Origin: Candidatus Latescibacterota bacterium
GTDB lineage: Bacteria; Latescibacterota; UBA2968
DNA length: 28,724 bases
Assembly: GCA_038279365.1 (NCBI GenBank)
Contig: JAYODI010000009.1
Coordinates: forward strand, 93,475-122,198
Reading direction: 5' to 3'
Numbering within the stretch: position 1 is the stretch's first letter; each line of letters starts with the position of its first letter. A program made the translations under genes and the position numbers. Below, one piece after another: positions 9,699 through 19,823 of this stretch. Under the pieces are notes generated by a model. The model was not told the origin of the DNA and did no database searches. It saw only the letters and a program-made list of their open reading frames with translations.

Positions 9699-11198
9699 TT
9701 ATGGCATACTGCTGTCTAAGGCCAAATACATATGTAATGCACGACACAAAGCCCCCATTGATTGGGCCTCATCAATATGTGGCCCAATCAATATAGTCAA
9801 AAGACGACGTGCAACATCTTGATACTTTTTATCACCCGTGAGCTTACGCAACCTCACAAACACCTGAGCGGCCACACCATTGCCCGACGGCAACCAATGA
9901 TCCCCCACATCATATATGGGATCATTTTTGATATTCCGATCGCGCAATGCCCCCGATATGTCACCAAATTGTGCCAACATACCATCGGCCAAACCCCGTG
10001 CCAACTGAAGGTACTTATCCTCACCTGTGATATCATAAACATCCAATGCTGCGCGCGCCATAAACGCCTGGTCTTGCAAAAGCAACCGACCTACCTCATC
10101 TTCAGAGTGCTTAAACAGTCCTGCTTTATTTTTAAACTTATTTTGTATGGCGTCTATGGTTAACACAGCCGCCTCTTGAAACCGCGGGGCCTTATTCAGA
10201 TGGTAAAGTGCAACCAAGCCTGATACCGTTAGGGCATTCCAACCCGCATATATTGCCTGATCTCTTGGCACACCCGCAGCAGTCTCAAACGCAGCAAAAC
10301 CAGCACAAAAGAGGGTATCCACTCTAAATGATTGTAACAGCACATCTCCTAAAGCAACACCCGCCACCCCCATCGCTTTTTGTGTTTGTCCCACCGTTGC
10401 CAATGTTGTGAGAATCGATGCATTAATACCCAAATGTTTTTCACGATCAACCACTTGGCCATCGGGTGTATGTGCATATAAAAAAAAGGCGCCATCTGTG
10501 TCGCGTCGTGTATTTAACCACGGCATGATGCCATTTGTCCTGTGACGCGCCTCATATAACGCCAATGTACCTTCTGCCCCAACATCCACACCCCGCGCTA
10601 CAGCAACATCCAAACTGTCTAAAATTCGCTCAAGCAACACCTTTGACGGTGCCATTTGAGGGCGCGGATTCTTTTGTGCCCACAGCCGATTGCGCCGTTG
10701 CAACTCACTACGTTGTTCCTCCAAAGCCGCCATGCGTTCCGGATTTGCAAATGGAAAAGACACATGTCGCAACAAGTCCATCAAATCTTCAGGGTCAAAA
10801 TACGTGCCACCTGCAATCCACTCTTCATTGGGCATCAAAAAAGCAATCGTTGGCAACCCACCCATGCTAAACCTTTCAAAAACATCGGGTTGCCTATCCA
10901 CATCCACCCACACAGGCCATGCAATGCGGTTAATTTCTCGCACCAACTCCGAATGACCAAAACAGCGTTGGACCAAATCACGGCACCAATATGACCGCTG
11001 ATTATATAAAAACAACAATATGGGCTTATTCAATATACGAGCCGAATCGCGCGCAGCCCAAGTGTGCCAAGCAATTGATCCGCCTTGTAAGGGCTGTAAT
11101 ACTGGCACAATCTTTGCGTTTGTCTGTTTTTGTTCGGCAACCTCTTGACACCCGAATAACAGACAAAAAGCAATCACTATAAAGCCCGACTTATACAT
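9699..11198 (-). CDS. YyaL/SSP411 (DUF255)-like lipoprotein: thioredoxin-like domain plus alpha/alpha barrel
   Basis: Lipobox LLFGC; VDVDRQPD, GGLPT, GGTYF, WNAL, DQAF and LPSGNGVAA motifs of the YyaL family. Confidence 0.78.
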   Translation of the reverse strand: MYKSGFIVIAFCLLFGCQEVAEQKQTNAKIVPVLQPLQGGSIAWHTWAARDSARILNKPILLFLYNQRSYWCRDLVQRCFGHSELVREINRIAWPVWVDVDRQPDVFERFSMGGLPTIAFLMPNEEWIAGGTYFDPEDLMDLLRHVSFPFANPERMAALEEQRSELQRRNRLWAQKNPRPQMAPSKVLLERILDSLDVAVARGVDVGAEGTLALYEARHRTNGIMPWLNTRRDTDGAFFLYAHTPDGQVVDREKHLGINASILTTLATVGQTQKAMGVAGVALGDVLLQSFRVDTLFCAGFAAFETAAGVPRDQAIYAGWNALTVSGLVALYHLNKAPRFQEAAVLTIDAIQNKFKNKAGLFKHSEDEVGRLLLQDQAFMARAALDVYDITGEDKYLQLARGLADGMLAQFGDISGALRDRNIKNDPIYDVGDHWLPSGNGVAAQVFVRLRKLTGDKKYQDVARRLLTILIGPHIDEAQSMGALCRALHMYLALDSSMP

Positions 11199-11429
11199 CC
11201 ACTATATATCCAATACACTTGGAAAAATCAATTGTTCAACCATGGGCAAAAACGCCATAAAGAACTATTTTTCAAATAATATAGCCAAAAAAGGAAAGAA
11301 GGAACTTCACTGCGAATAAGGCGTTTACTCTATGAAGCATTCAAAACTTAAAATAAGGCTTGACAGAGGCAAGATAATTTCTGAAGTTTTTACACCTTCA
11401 GAATTGGGAAACTTTGCCGATCTTAAGGT

Positions 11430-11690
11430 TTAAGAGGCAATATTTGCAAGTGGAATGGCTTCATCAATCAGCATAATGGGGATATCATCTTCGATGGGAT
11501 ACAAATACGCTTGATCTTCACGCACAAGCCCCCCATCAATCTTCTTTGCAACTTTCTGCCCTCCCCGATTTGAAACCTTGCCACTTTCAATGGCGGCATT
11601 AATTTGATCAACAAGCGTTTGATCTGCCAATGTAACGGGTGTTTTGTTTTCAGGACAAGCCAAAATATCAAGCAATTCTTGGTCAATCAC
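11430..11690 (-). CDS. Trm112/UPF0434 family protein
   Basis: LLDILACP...YPIEDDIPIMLIDEA; GTG start. Confidence 0.9.
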   Translation of the reverse strand: MIDQELLDILACPENKTPVTLADQTLVDQINAAIESGKVSNRGGQKVAKKIDGGLVREDQAYLYPIEDDIPIMLIDEAIPLANIAS

Positions 11691-12175
11691 TGCGAACCCC
11701 TTTCATATGTCATAAAATAAGATGTCAAAGTGTGTTTGAAAATAGTCAACACACTTCAATCAAACAAGCGTTTTTTATTTTACCTACCCCATATAAACCC
11801 CATAGGATTTGCCTATTGTTCGTTTGTTAAAGCGTGGCTCTTTGCAGGATCTGTTGTATAAAAATGAAACTCAATATCATTCATCGTCGCACATCGTTAA
11901 GTGTTTAACTTAAGGTCAAGTGTAGACGGTCAGTATGAGTTCAAATGCCAGCTTTAATAAGCGACGTTGCGAATATTTCCACCCGGGCTTGTGGAGTGTT
12001 CCTACACGCTCTCTTTCCGGGTTTTTTCATTTGATCTCCTATCGGCCGTTGGCCACTACCCACACATTTACGATTGCAAAAAATTACAGAAAATGCATGA
12101 ACGAAGAAAGTGATAGTGCGATTGTCACGCGTCCAATCTTCCTTCTTTCATCTTTTTCTAACAAGGAGAAATTCT

Positions 12176-13216
12176 ATGAAAAAGGTTCTTTCCTCTCTGT
12201 TGTTCCTCAGCATGGGTCTTTTAAATATGGGCCGGGCTGATGCCACTACGGAAAGTACTGCCGCCGCATCTTTTTTGTTGTTTGAACCCTCAGCACGTGC
12301 TTCTGCCATGGGCAATGCATATGTCGCCATCGCAGATGACGCCAACGCCACGTATTATAACCCAGCCGCCTTGGCAGACTTTAACAGACGCAGTGTGAGC
12401 ACCACCTTTTACAAACCCGTACCCAATTTGGCCAGCGACATCTTTTCATCCTTTGCAGCTTACACACATCCATTTGAAGGCATTGGCAATCTCGGGTTCA
12501 GCATCATTTATACCTCACTTGGCAAACAATTTCATACCGATGCACAAGGCAATCCTTTGGGAGAATTCACCAGCTTTGGCATGGGTTTGGGTGTCTCTTA
12601 CGGTACACACCTGATGAAAAATCTTTCGGTGGGTGTCACGGTCAAATTTGTGCACGAAAACCTATCCAATGTACAGGTGGGCAACGAACAAGGGAAAGGC
12701 GCAGGTACATCCTTTGCGGGTGACTTTGGTTTGATGTGGAAACCACAAAGCCGTCTTACCTTAGCCGCATCATTGCGCAACGTAGGCCCCAACATGACAT
12801 TTATTGATGCCGACCAAGCCGATCCACTGCCCCAAAACTTTACATTGGGTGTGGCATTTGTCCCCTATAAAAATGACAAATCCAGCTTTTTGATCACCAC
12901 AGACATTTACAAACCCTTGCCCGATCGCGATGGGGGCTTCTTCTCATTTGTAACAGGCTGGAGCAACGACACACCCGATGCAGAATTCAAAGACATAGAT
13001 TTTAAAATTGGTGCTGAATGGCAATATATGCTCTCTGAAGACTCGGCATTTGCACTTCGAGCAGGATATTGGCACGATGAAGACGGGAAACGCAAAGTGC
13101 CCACAGCGGGTTTGGGTCTTAAATACAACTGGGCCACCTTTGACATTTCTTATTTCATCGACAACAGTGCTGCATTGCGCAACGTCTTTCGCTTTTCGGG
13201 TGGTTTCAACTTCTAA
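12176..13216 (+). CDS. porV: PorV/PorQ-family outer-membrane beta-barrel (type IX secretion CTD shuttle)
   Basis: Signal peptide; FLLFEPSARASAMGNA, ADDANATYYNPA, NVGP...DPLP, ALRAGY; ends FSGGFNF. ATG 12176 with AAGGAG RBS. Confidence 0.85.
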   Translation: MKKVLSSLLFLSMGLLNMGRADATTESTAAASFLLFEPSARASAMGNAYVAIADDANATYYNPAALADFNRRSVSTTFYKPVPNLASDIFSSFAAYTHPFEGIGNLGFSIIYTSLGKQFHTDAQGNPLGEFTSFGMGLGVSYGTHLMKNLSVGVTVKFVHENLSNVQVGNEQGKGAGTSFAGDFGLMWKPQSRLTLAASLRNVGPNMTFIDADQADPLPQNFTLGVAFVPYKNDKSSFLITTDIYKPLPDRDGGFFSFVTGWSNDTPDAEFKDIDFKIGAEWQYMLSEDSAFALRAGYWHDEDGKRKVPTAGLGLKYNWATFDISYFIDNSAALRNVFRFSGGFNF

Positions 13217-13321
13217 TTTCTTTACAGCGCATAAGCATACGCACCATTTATGTTAAATTCTTTAGATGCGGGGACTGTGGGGTTGACATTTAAAATCAAA
13301 AACAAGCCACAAGGTAGCCAG

Positions 13322-16300
13322 ATGGGGTCTCTTTCCCTTCTGCTCTGCCTTGTGGCTTGTTTTGTATTCGCTTCGCCTGTGCAAGCAGTAGACACCTACC
13401 GCATATTGGCACTGCGTGTATCCTTTCCTCAAGAAACACCCGACGAAGAAACCACCAGCGGAGATGGCACCTTCGACTTGCGAACCCTTGCCGGCGTGCA
13501 AGACAGCATCGTGTATCCATTTGATCTTCCGCCACACAACCGCACATACTTTGAAGCGCATCTCCAAGCACTTTCCAACTACTACAACACCGCATCCAAT
13601 GGCCAACTTGCCATTCTATACGACGTCTATCCGCGTGAAGAAAACGCAAGTTATCAACTCACAACACCCCTCATCGACTATGGCAATGGGCGCACCCGCA
13701 CCGAAGTTTCAGAACGCATTGTGCGCCTCTTTCGCGATGGCATTTTGGCCGCAGATGTGGCCGAAGGCAATAACCTCGATTTTTCACAATATGACGCCTT
13801 TGCCGTCTTTCACGCAGGTTTGGGCGGCGAAGCCAGCCAAGCCCTCAACGATGTGCCCTCAGCATTTATTAGCACCACAGACCTCACCGACTTTGTAGAA
13901 GGCCCCATTGCTGTAGACAATGGCACATTCACTGTCACAAGTGGCATGCTCTTACCCGAAGCCATCAGCACATCGGGGCGGGGCGGACTCAACGGCACCT
14001 TGGCACGTTTTTTCGCCTCTCAGTTGGGCTTGCCAGGCCTGTCAGACTTTGAAAACGACTTGCCTGCCGTGGGCGATTGGAGCCTCATGGATACGGGAGC
14101 CAACAACCTCATTGAAGCCGACAAATTGGGCCTTCAACCTCAACAAACCACATTGGGCAACACCAGCGTCAGTTCAACCCTTATTGGTTTTTTGCCCAGT
14201 TTGCCCATGGCGTGGTCACGCATCAAACTCGGTTGGATCACGCCCACAACCATTACACGTTCCGACACCGTACAAATTGTTGCCGCACATATCCAATCTG
14301 ACCTACCCAATGCCATCAAAGTACCCATCAGTGCAACCGAGTACTATTTGCTCGAAAACCGCATTTCACGTTTGAACGTACACGGCAAAACGCCCACCAT
14401 TCAACTGTCTCAACCCAACGGTGTTTGGTTATCTGTTGACGACCAAGATGCATTTATTCCTGGTTCAGGCATTCTCATTTGGCACATAGACGACACCGTC
14501 ATCAACGCCAGCGGTGATCGCAAAAACATCAACAGCAACCCCGACTACGAAATCACCTTTACCCAATATCGCCGAGGCATTTCACTCGAAGAAGCCGATG
14601 GCCTTTTAGACATTGGCAATGTATCGGCAAGTCGGGTGGTGCAAAACGGCATCATCTCTTTTAGCACCATTGAAGGCAGTGAAACCGATCCATTCTACGT
14701 GGGCAACAACGCGCTCTTTGGTCCAGAAACCACGCCCAATACCCGCAGCAATTTGAATTACCCAACCGGTGTCACCATCGAAATACTCAGCCCACAAGCC
14801 GACACAATGACCGTGGCCATTCGCTTTTCACAACAGCAAGACAACTGGCCTGTAACAGGTTTGGTGCCTAACTCAGAGTCAACCCCTCGTGCCATTGACC
14901 TCGACGGAGACGGCATCAAAGAAATTGTTCGGGGCATTACACAAGAAATAGAACCTTCCTCGGTTTGGGATATTTCAGGTAAACCTGTTGTTTTGAACAA
15001 CAGACCATTCAGGTTTGCAGCATCACATCCCCCTGCAGTTGGAGACATCGTACCCTCTATAGATGGTTTAGAGATGACATTTCATAGTGGTAGAACCACA
15101 TATTCCACATATACGCGCAGCGGTAATACGGGTTTGGTGGTTGATTTTGCCCCCCCCGTACCATTTCTATCAACAATACCAGTTATAGCAGATTTTTCAA
15201 ATTCGATTACAGATATATGGGGATGGTCTCACGGTTCAATTACATGGGGAGTAATAAGTACGGGCAGCCGTGGATCTATAAATTTGACAGACGCCATCCA
15301 ATCTCTCGCCGTGGGCAACATCGACACCGATGCAGACAACGAACTTGTCGCCGTAACAAATAACGGACAAGTCCACCTCATCACACAAGCCAATCAAAGC
15401 CAACTGCTTGCAACACTTGATCCCATTATTGGCTCTCCAGTCATCGCCGACCTTGATCAAAATGGCACCGATGATATTGTTGTCGTCACCCCAAGTGGGC
15501 AACTCACCATCCTCACCGCCGAAGGCATTGCTTATCAAAGCGATCCTGTCATAGGCGGCGCATCGTCATCACCTGTACTTGCCGACTTAGACAACGACGG
15601 CTTTATCGAAGTGCTCTTTGGTGGCACTGGGCGCATTTGGGTCTTCAGGTTTAATGGCGTATTGCAAAATGGTGGGGCGTTATCCTTTCCACTCAAAGAC
15701 GAATCGGGTAGCATAAAAGCCCCACCCGTTATTGCAGACATCAACGCCGACAATGCACTTGAAATACTCGTGGGTTCACCTGGTGGCCTCATTTATGGCC
15801 TTACTGCATCTGGGCAACCGCTTGCAGGATTTCCATTGTCCGTCCCTGGCCCTATTCACGCGTCTCCTCTTATTGACGACTTAGACAACGACGGCACACT
15901 GGAATTGGTGGTCTTTACAGCAAATGGAGCCTTGCAACTCTTTCATCTTGAACACATTGATCCGTCTTATATCGGCAACCAAGTCATTTGGGGGCAATTG
16001 GGTGGCAGTGCTGGCAACGCAGGTAAATTACAACAACCGCGCGTTGGCGACATTGTCCAGCCGACCGTTACAACCCTTTTACCTGAAAAGCGCGCGTATG
16101 TATATCCCAATCCCATTCGCAATGGTGATCGGGCGAAAGTGCGTTTTTATCTATCAGGTGTTGCAGATGTGCAAGCGGCCATTTACAATCCGTTGGGTGA
16201 AAAGGTAGACGAACTCACACACGGCAATCCATTGCCCAATACAGAAAATGAAATGTCTTGGGATGTGTCGGATTATGCGAGTGGGTTTTATATTTGCCGC

Positions 16301-16363
16301 TTGCAAGCGTCGAATGGAACGCAGACGGATGTGCGGTTTATTAAAGTGGCTGTGATTAAGTGA
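13322..16363 (+). CDS. Secreted protein: M6/immune-inhibitor-A-like domain (degenerate Zn motif), FG-GAP repeats, T9SS type A sorting domain
   Basis: VFHAG.G, LGLP.L, WSLMD.G, AWSRIKLGW, EYYLLENR, GILIWHID, SLEEADG; DLDGDG/DLDNDG repeats; C-terminal YPNP...IYNPLGEKV...WD...ASGFYI...KVAVIK. Start probably ATG 13322 (track 13250). Confidence 0.85.
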   Translation: MGSLSLLLCLVACFVFASPVQAVDTYRILALRVSFPQETPDEETTSGDGTFDLRTLAGVQDSIVYPFDLPPHNRTYFEAHLQALSNYYNTASNGQLAILYDVYPREENASYQLTTPLIDYGNGRTRTEVSERIVRLFRDGILAADVAEGNNLDFSQYDAFAVFHAGLGGEASQALNDVPSAFISTTDLTDFVEGPIAVDNGTFTVTSGMLLPEAISTSGRGGLNGTLARFFASQLGLPGLSDFENDLPAVGDWSLMDTGANNLIEADKLGLQPQQTTLGNTSVSSTLIGFLPSLPMAWSRIKLGWITPTTITRSDTVQIVAAHIQSDLPNAIKVPISATEYYLLENRISRLNVHGKTPTIQLSQPNGVWLSVDDQDAFIPGSGILIWHIDDTVINASGDRKNINSNPDYEITFTQYRRGISLEEADGLLDIGNVSASRVVQNGIISFSTIEGSETDPFYVGNNALFGPETTPNTRSNLNYPTGVTIEILSPQADTMTVAIRFSQQQDNWPVTGLVPNSESTPRAIDLDGDGIKEIVRGITQEIEPSSVWDISGKPVVLNNRPFRFAASHPPAVGDIVPSIDGLEMTFHSGRTTYSTYTRSGNTGLVVDFAPPVPFLSTIPVIADFSNSITDIWGWSHGSITWGVISTGSRGSINLTDAIQSLAVGNIDTDADNELVAVTNNGQVHLITQANQSQLLATLDPIIGSPVIADLDQNGTDDIVVVTPSGQLTILTAEGIAYQSDPVIGGASSSPVLADLDNDGFIEVLFGGTGRIWVFRFNGVLQNGGALSFPLKDESGSIKAPPVIADINADNALEILVGSPGGLIYGLTASGQPLAGFPLSVPGPIHASPLIDDLDNDGTLELVVFTANGALQLFHLEHIDPSYIGNQVIWGQLGGSAGNAGKLQQPRVGDIVQPTVTTLLPEKRAYVYPNPIRNGDRAKVRFYLSGVADVQAAIYNPLGEKVDELTHGNPLPNTENEMSWDVSDYASGFYICRLQASNGTQTDVRFIKVAVIK

Positions 16364-16441
16364 TATTTGACAACAATCAAAACATCATTCAATTAAAGTC
16401 TATCGCTTTTTAAATATTTTATCTTTTTATGCCTTCGGCGA

Positions 16442-16608
16442 CATACTTTTTTTCTACAGCTAAAAAAAGTATGCAAAAAAAGCCGCCCCTCAAGTGCCGG
16501 GGAGGCTGATTTTCCGCAAATATCATTTGTGGGTACAAAAAGTTTTTTAGCCTGTCTGGTTCAGGTTTTTTAACCAAAAATTGCTGGACGGAATGGTGCG
16601 GAAAATCA
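16442..16608. repeat. Multi-hairpin intergenic element (candidate ncRNA or non-autonomous repeat)
   Basis: Perfect 12-bp IR CATACTTTTTTT/AAAAAAAGTATG; hairpin AGCC-CCCC/GGGG-GGCT with a U-tract on the minus strand; perfect 12-bp IR TGATTTTCCGCA (16507)/TGCGGAAAATCA (16597). Confidence 0.6.
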
Positions 16609-16679
16609 AGATTGTTTTTGGTGAATGTATTGGTAAGTCAATGTTGTTACCACTTGAAATTATTTAGAATACAAAATTC

Positions 16680-19600
16680 ATGACCAAATTAATGACCTTA
16701 TTTTTTACGTTATTTATGCTCATATCCGCTGCGCATGCGCAGTTTGATGCCAATCATCCTGAGCTCAATTGGCAGATGGTGGAGACAGAGCACTTTAAAA
16801 TATATTATCATCAGGGCTTGGAAAAGTTTGCAGAGCGGGCAACCACAGCGGCAGAAGAAGCGTATGGCCCCGTGACCTCGTTTTACAACTTTGAACCCGA
16901 TGAAAAAGTGCGCCTCATTCTCAAAGACACCGACGACTATGCCAATGGTGCGGCCTATTATTATCACAACACCATCGAAATATGGGTCACCAACCTCGAC
17001 TTTGGTCTGCGTGGCACCACCGATTGGTTGAGAAACGTCATCACCCACGAATTTACGCACATCATCTCGCTACAAACAGGGCGCAAAGGCTCACGGCGTG
17101 TGCCCGCCATTTTTTTGCATTATTTGCACTACCAAGGCGAAGGGAAACGCGACGACATTCTCGATGGATATCCCAACATCCTCACCTCATACGCAATTCC
17201 GATGACCATCATCCCACCCTGGTTTGCAGAAGGCACCGCACAATATATGGCTCCGGGGGTGCAACACGACTATTGGGATTCACACCGCGACATGATCTTG
17301 CGTCAAGCCATCTTAAACAACACCTTGCTCACCCACGATGAAATGGGCGTCTTTGGTGCCAAAACAGGCTTAGGATTTGAAAAGGTTTACGACCACGGTT
17401 ACTCACTCACGCTCTACATTGTCAACACCTATGGTCGCGAAAAATTGGGCGAATTGTATCGCAACATGGCCGTTTTGTGGCGCACAGATTTTAGTGGCGC
17501 CATTCAAAAGTCACTGGGCATATCGGGCAAAGAACTGCACACCCAGTGGAAAACCTCGCTCGAAGAACGCTACGCCATTCAAAAAGCCAACATAGATGCC
17601 AACCCCGCCCAAGGTGATTTGATACACGAAGCTGGGTATCTCAATCTACACCCACGCTGGTCACCCGACGGAACCCAGCTCGCCTTTCTCACCAACAAAG
17701 GCCACGACTATGGCCGCACCCGCCTTGTCACTTACACTTTTGCCGACAGCAGCACCAAAACCGCCGCACCCAGTGCCGTAACCGCATTTGATTGGTCTGC
17801 CGATGGCAAACACTTTTTATATGCACGCCACAGCCAAACCAATCAACATGGCTCACGCTTATGGAACCTCTATACCATAGACCCCGAGGCCAAAGACTCT
17901 GGGCTCTATCAAAACTTCAAAAACACCCTTGGTTTGGGCAAAGCCACATCTCCTGGTGAAACACAACTCACCACAGACTTGCGCGCCATTGACCCCGCTT
18001 ATTCACCCGACGGCAAACAAATCGCCTTTGTCAAAAATGGCGGCGGCAACACCAACTTGGGCATTCTCACCATCGAATCGGGTGACATCCACTATCTCAC
18101 CACCTTTGACGATGGCTCTCAAGTATTTACCCCACGCTGGTCACCCGACGGGTCACAAATTGCCTTCTCCATTTATCGCCCAGGTGGCACACGGGATATT
18201 GCAACCCTCTCTCCCTCAGACAACAACTATACAATTCGCATCGCATCAACAGGCACAGACCGCGACCCTGTTTGGACATCAGATGGCTCAGGCATTGTAT
18301 TCACCTCCGATCACGATGGCATCTTCAACCTCTACCAAGCCAACTTAGGCACAGGTGAAATACACCGCATCACACGTGTTTATGGCGGTGCATTTCAACC
18401 CCACATCAACCCCCAAGACCAACGCATTGCCTTTTCGCATTTTGGCAAAGATGGCTACGAAATTCGCGTCATAGAGGGCCAAGGTCTCTGGGAACCCATC
18501 GCATCAGACATCTTTGAAGTCACCCCCATTTACAACCCCATCGCCTCAACACCACAAACGGGCACGCCGTATAAAGGCGAATATTCAACCACCACAATAA
18601 TGCCCCGACTCGCCATTGACTCAGGCAAACTCAAAGTGGGATTCGTGGCGGGTTCCGATGACATCTTAGACAAACAACGGCTCTTTATCAGTGGCATGTT
18701 TGCCCACGACTTTGATATGGACTTGTATGCCATTTATGAATACCGCAAAAAACGCCCCACTTTTTTCTTAGAAGCTTATCGCCTTGCACGCCATGTGGAA
18801 GAAGACGTGATCAACCGCGACGAAGATTTTCGCATCTACAACCGCACATTCGTATTAGGCGGTGTTGAAGTTGGTGGCAAATATCAAATGCGACGTGGTG
18901 GCCTGATTGACACACGTTTCATTTATAACCGCAGTGGCACCTCACAAGATGTGGCACGATTTAATGGCATTGGACGCACCGAATTGGGTGCCACCACACT
19001 CAATGGTTTTGACTTTGCAACAACCTATCATCTCGATGCCGTTGCCCGTGCAAGCGACTCCGACATCAACCCACGATCTGGTCAGCAACTTACCGTTCGC
19101 TATCATCGCTATTTCAACTTTGCACTCAATGGCTTTGATGAAAACAGCTCCATTCTTGTTGAGCAATACGAAAACTTTTTCTACAACCAACTGTCACTCA
19201 ACTGGAACACCTTTATCCCCGGACCGGGTCGCAGTGCATTTAGCACGCGCATCTTTGCGGGTGTCATAGACAAAGACGTCGATGACACCTTTGACTTTTT
19301 CATTGGTGGATTGCCCGGCATGAAAGGTTACTCCTTCTATAGCCTCGAAGGCCGTCGGGCACTCATGTTTCGCACCGCCTATCGCTTTCCTATACTCTCA
19401 CGCATTGATCGTCAAACTGGCCCCATTTACTCAGACCAACTCTATGGCTCATTTTATGCTGGTCTTGGACGTGCCTGGGATGGCGACGCAGACGATGCCT
19501 TGCTCAAACGCGGTTGGAAACGCGAAGTGGGTGCACAGTTGCGCTATGATGCCACTTCGTTTTATCTATTCCCCACGCGCGCCAGCTTCGATGTGGCATA

Positions 19601-19715
19601 CGGCTTTGATCATACACCATTACAACAACGCACAGATCCACTCACGCGCAGTGGTTTAAAAATGTATTTTACTTTGCTGTTTGGCTTTTTAACAGATGTA
19701 GGACACATTCATTGA
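16680..19715 (+). CDS. Exported protein: gluzincin-like peptidase domain, TolB/PD40 beta-propeller, BamA/Omp85-like C-terminal barrel
   Basis: Signal peptide AHA|Q; TEHFKIYY, HEFTH, PWFAEG; WSPDG/YSPDG repeats; GG..GMKGY loop motif and terminal aromatic strand MYFTLLFGF. Confidence 0.8.
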   Translation: MTKLMTLFFTLFMLISAAHAQFDANHPELNWQMVETEHFKIYYHQGLEKFAERATTAAEEAYGPVTSFYNFEPDEKVRLILKDTDDYANGAAYYYHNTIEIWVTNLDFGLRGTTDWLRNVITHEFTHIISLQTGRKGSRRVPAIFLHYLHYQGEGKRDDILDGYPNILTSYAIPMTIIPPWFAEGTAQYMAPGVQHDYWDSHRDMILRQAILNNTLLTHDEMGVFGAKTGLGFEKVYDHGYSLTLYIVNTYGREKLGELYRNMAVLWRTDFSGAIQKSLGISGKELHTQWKTSLEERYAIQKANIDANPAQGDLIHEAGYLNLHPRWSPDGTQLAFLTNKGHDYGRTRLVTYTFADSSTKTAAPSAVTAFDWSADGKHFLYARHSQTNQHGSRLWNLYTIDPEAKDSGLYQNFKNTLGLGKATSPGETQLTTDLRAIDPAYSPDGKQIAFVKNGGGNTNLGILTIESGDIHYLTTFDDGSQVFTPRWSPDGSQIAFSIYRPGGTRDIATLSPSDNNYTIRIASTGTDRDPVWTSDGSGIVFTSDHDGIFNLYQANLGTGEIHRITRVYGGAFQPHINPQDQRIAFSHFGKDGYEIRVIEGQGLWEPIASDIFEVTPIYNPIASTPQTGTPYKGEYSTTTIMPRLAIDSGKLKVGFVAGSDDILDKQRLFISGMFAHDFDMDLYAIYEYRKKRPTFFLEAYRLARHVEEDVINRDEDFRIYNRTFVLGGVEVGGKYQMRRGGLIDTRFIYNRSGTSQDVARFNGIGRTELGATTLNGFDFATTYHLDAVARASDSDINPRSGQQLTVRYHRYFNFALNGFDENSSILVEQYENFFYNQLSLNWNTFIPGPGRSAFSTRIFAGVIDKDVDDTFDFFIGGLPGMKGYSFYSLEGRRALMFRTAYRFPILSRIDRQTGPIYSDQLYGSFYAGLGRAWDGDADDALLKRGWKREVGAQLRYDATSFYLFPTRASFDVAYGFDHTPLQQRTDPLTRSGLKMYFTLLFGFLTDVGHIH

Positions 19716-19803
19716 GGTCACACGTCAGCAGGTCTCAAGTCTCAGGTCAAAACAAAAATGCACGCGATTTGACTTGAGACCTGAGACTTGCCAACCTGAG
19801 ATG
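19716..19803. repeat. Palindromic heptamer repeat element, copy 1
   Basis: GTCTCAAGTCTCAGGTCAAA (19732-19751) ... TTTGACTTGAGACCTGAGAC (19768-19787). Confidence 0.75.
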
Positions 19804-19823
19804 CTTCATATTACGAGGGACTT

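Noticed and set aside
11935-12240. 101-aa ORF and the extended porV start at 12110
   Set aside because: No recognisable protein features; the strong RBS and signal peptide point to ATG 12176.
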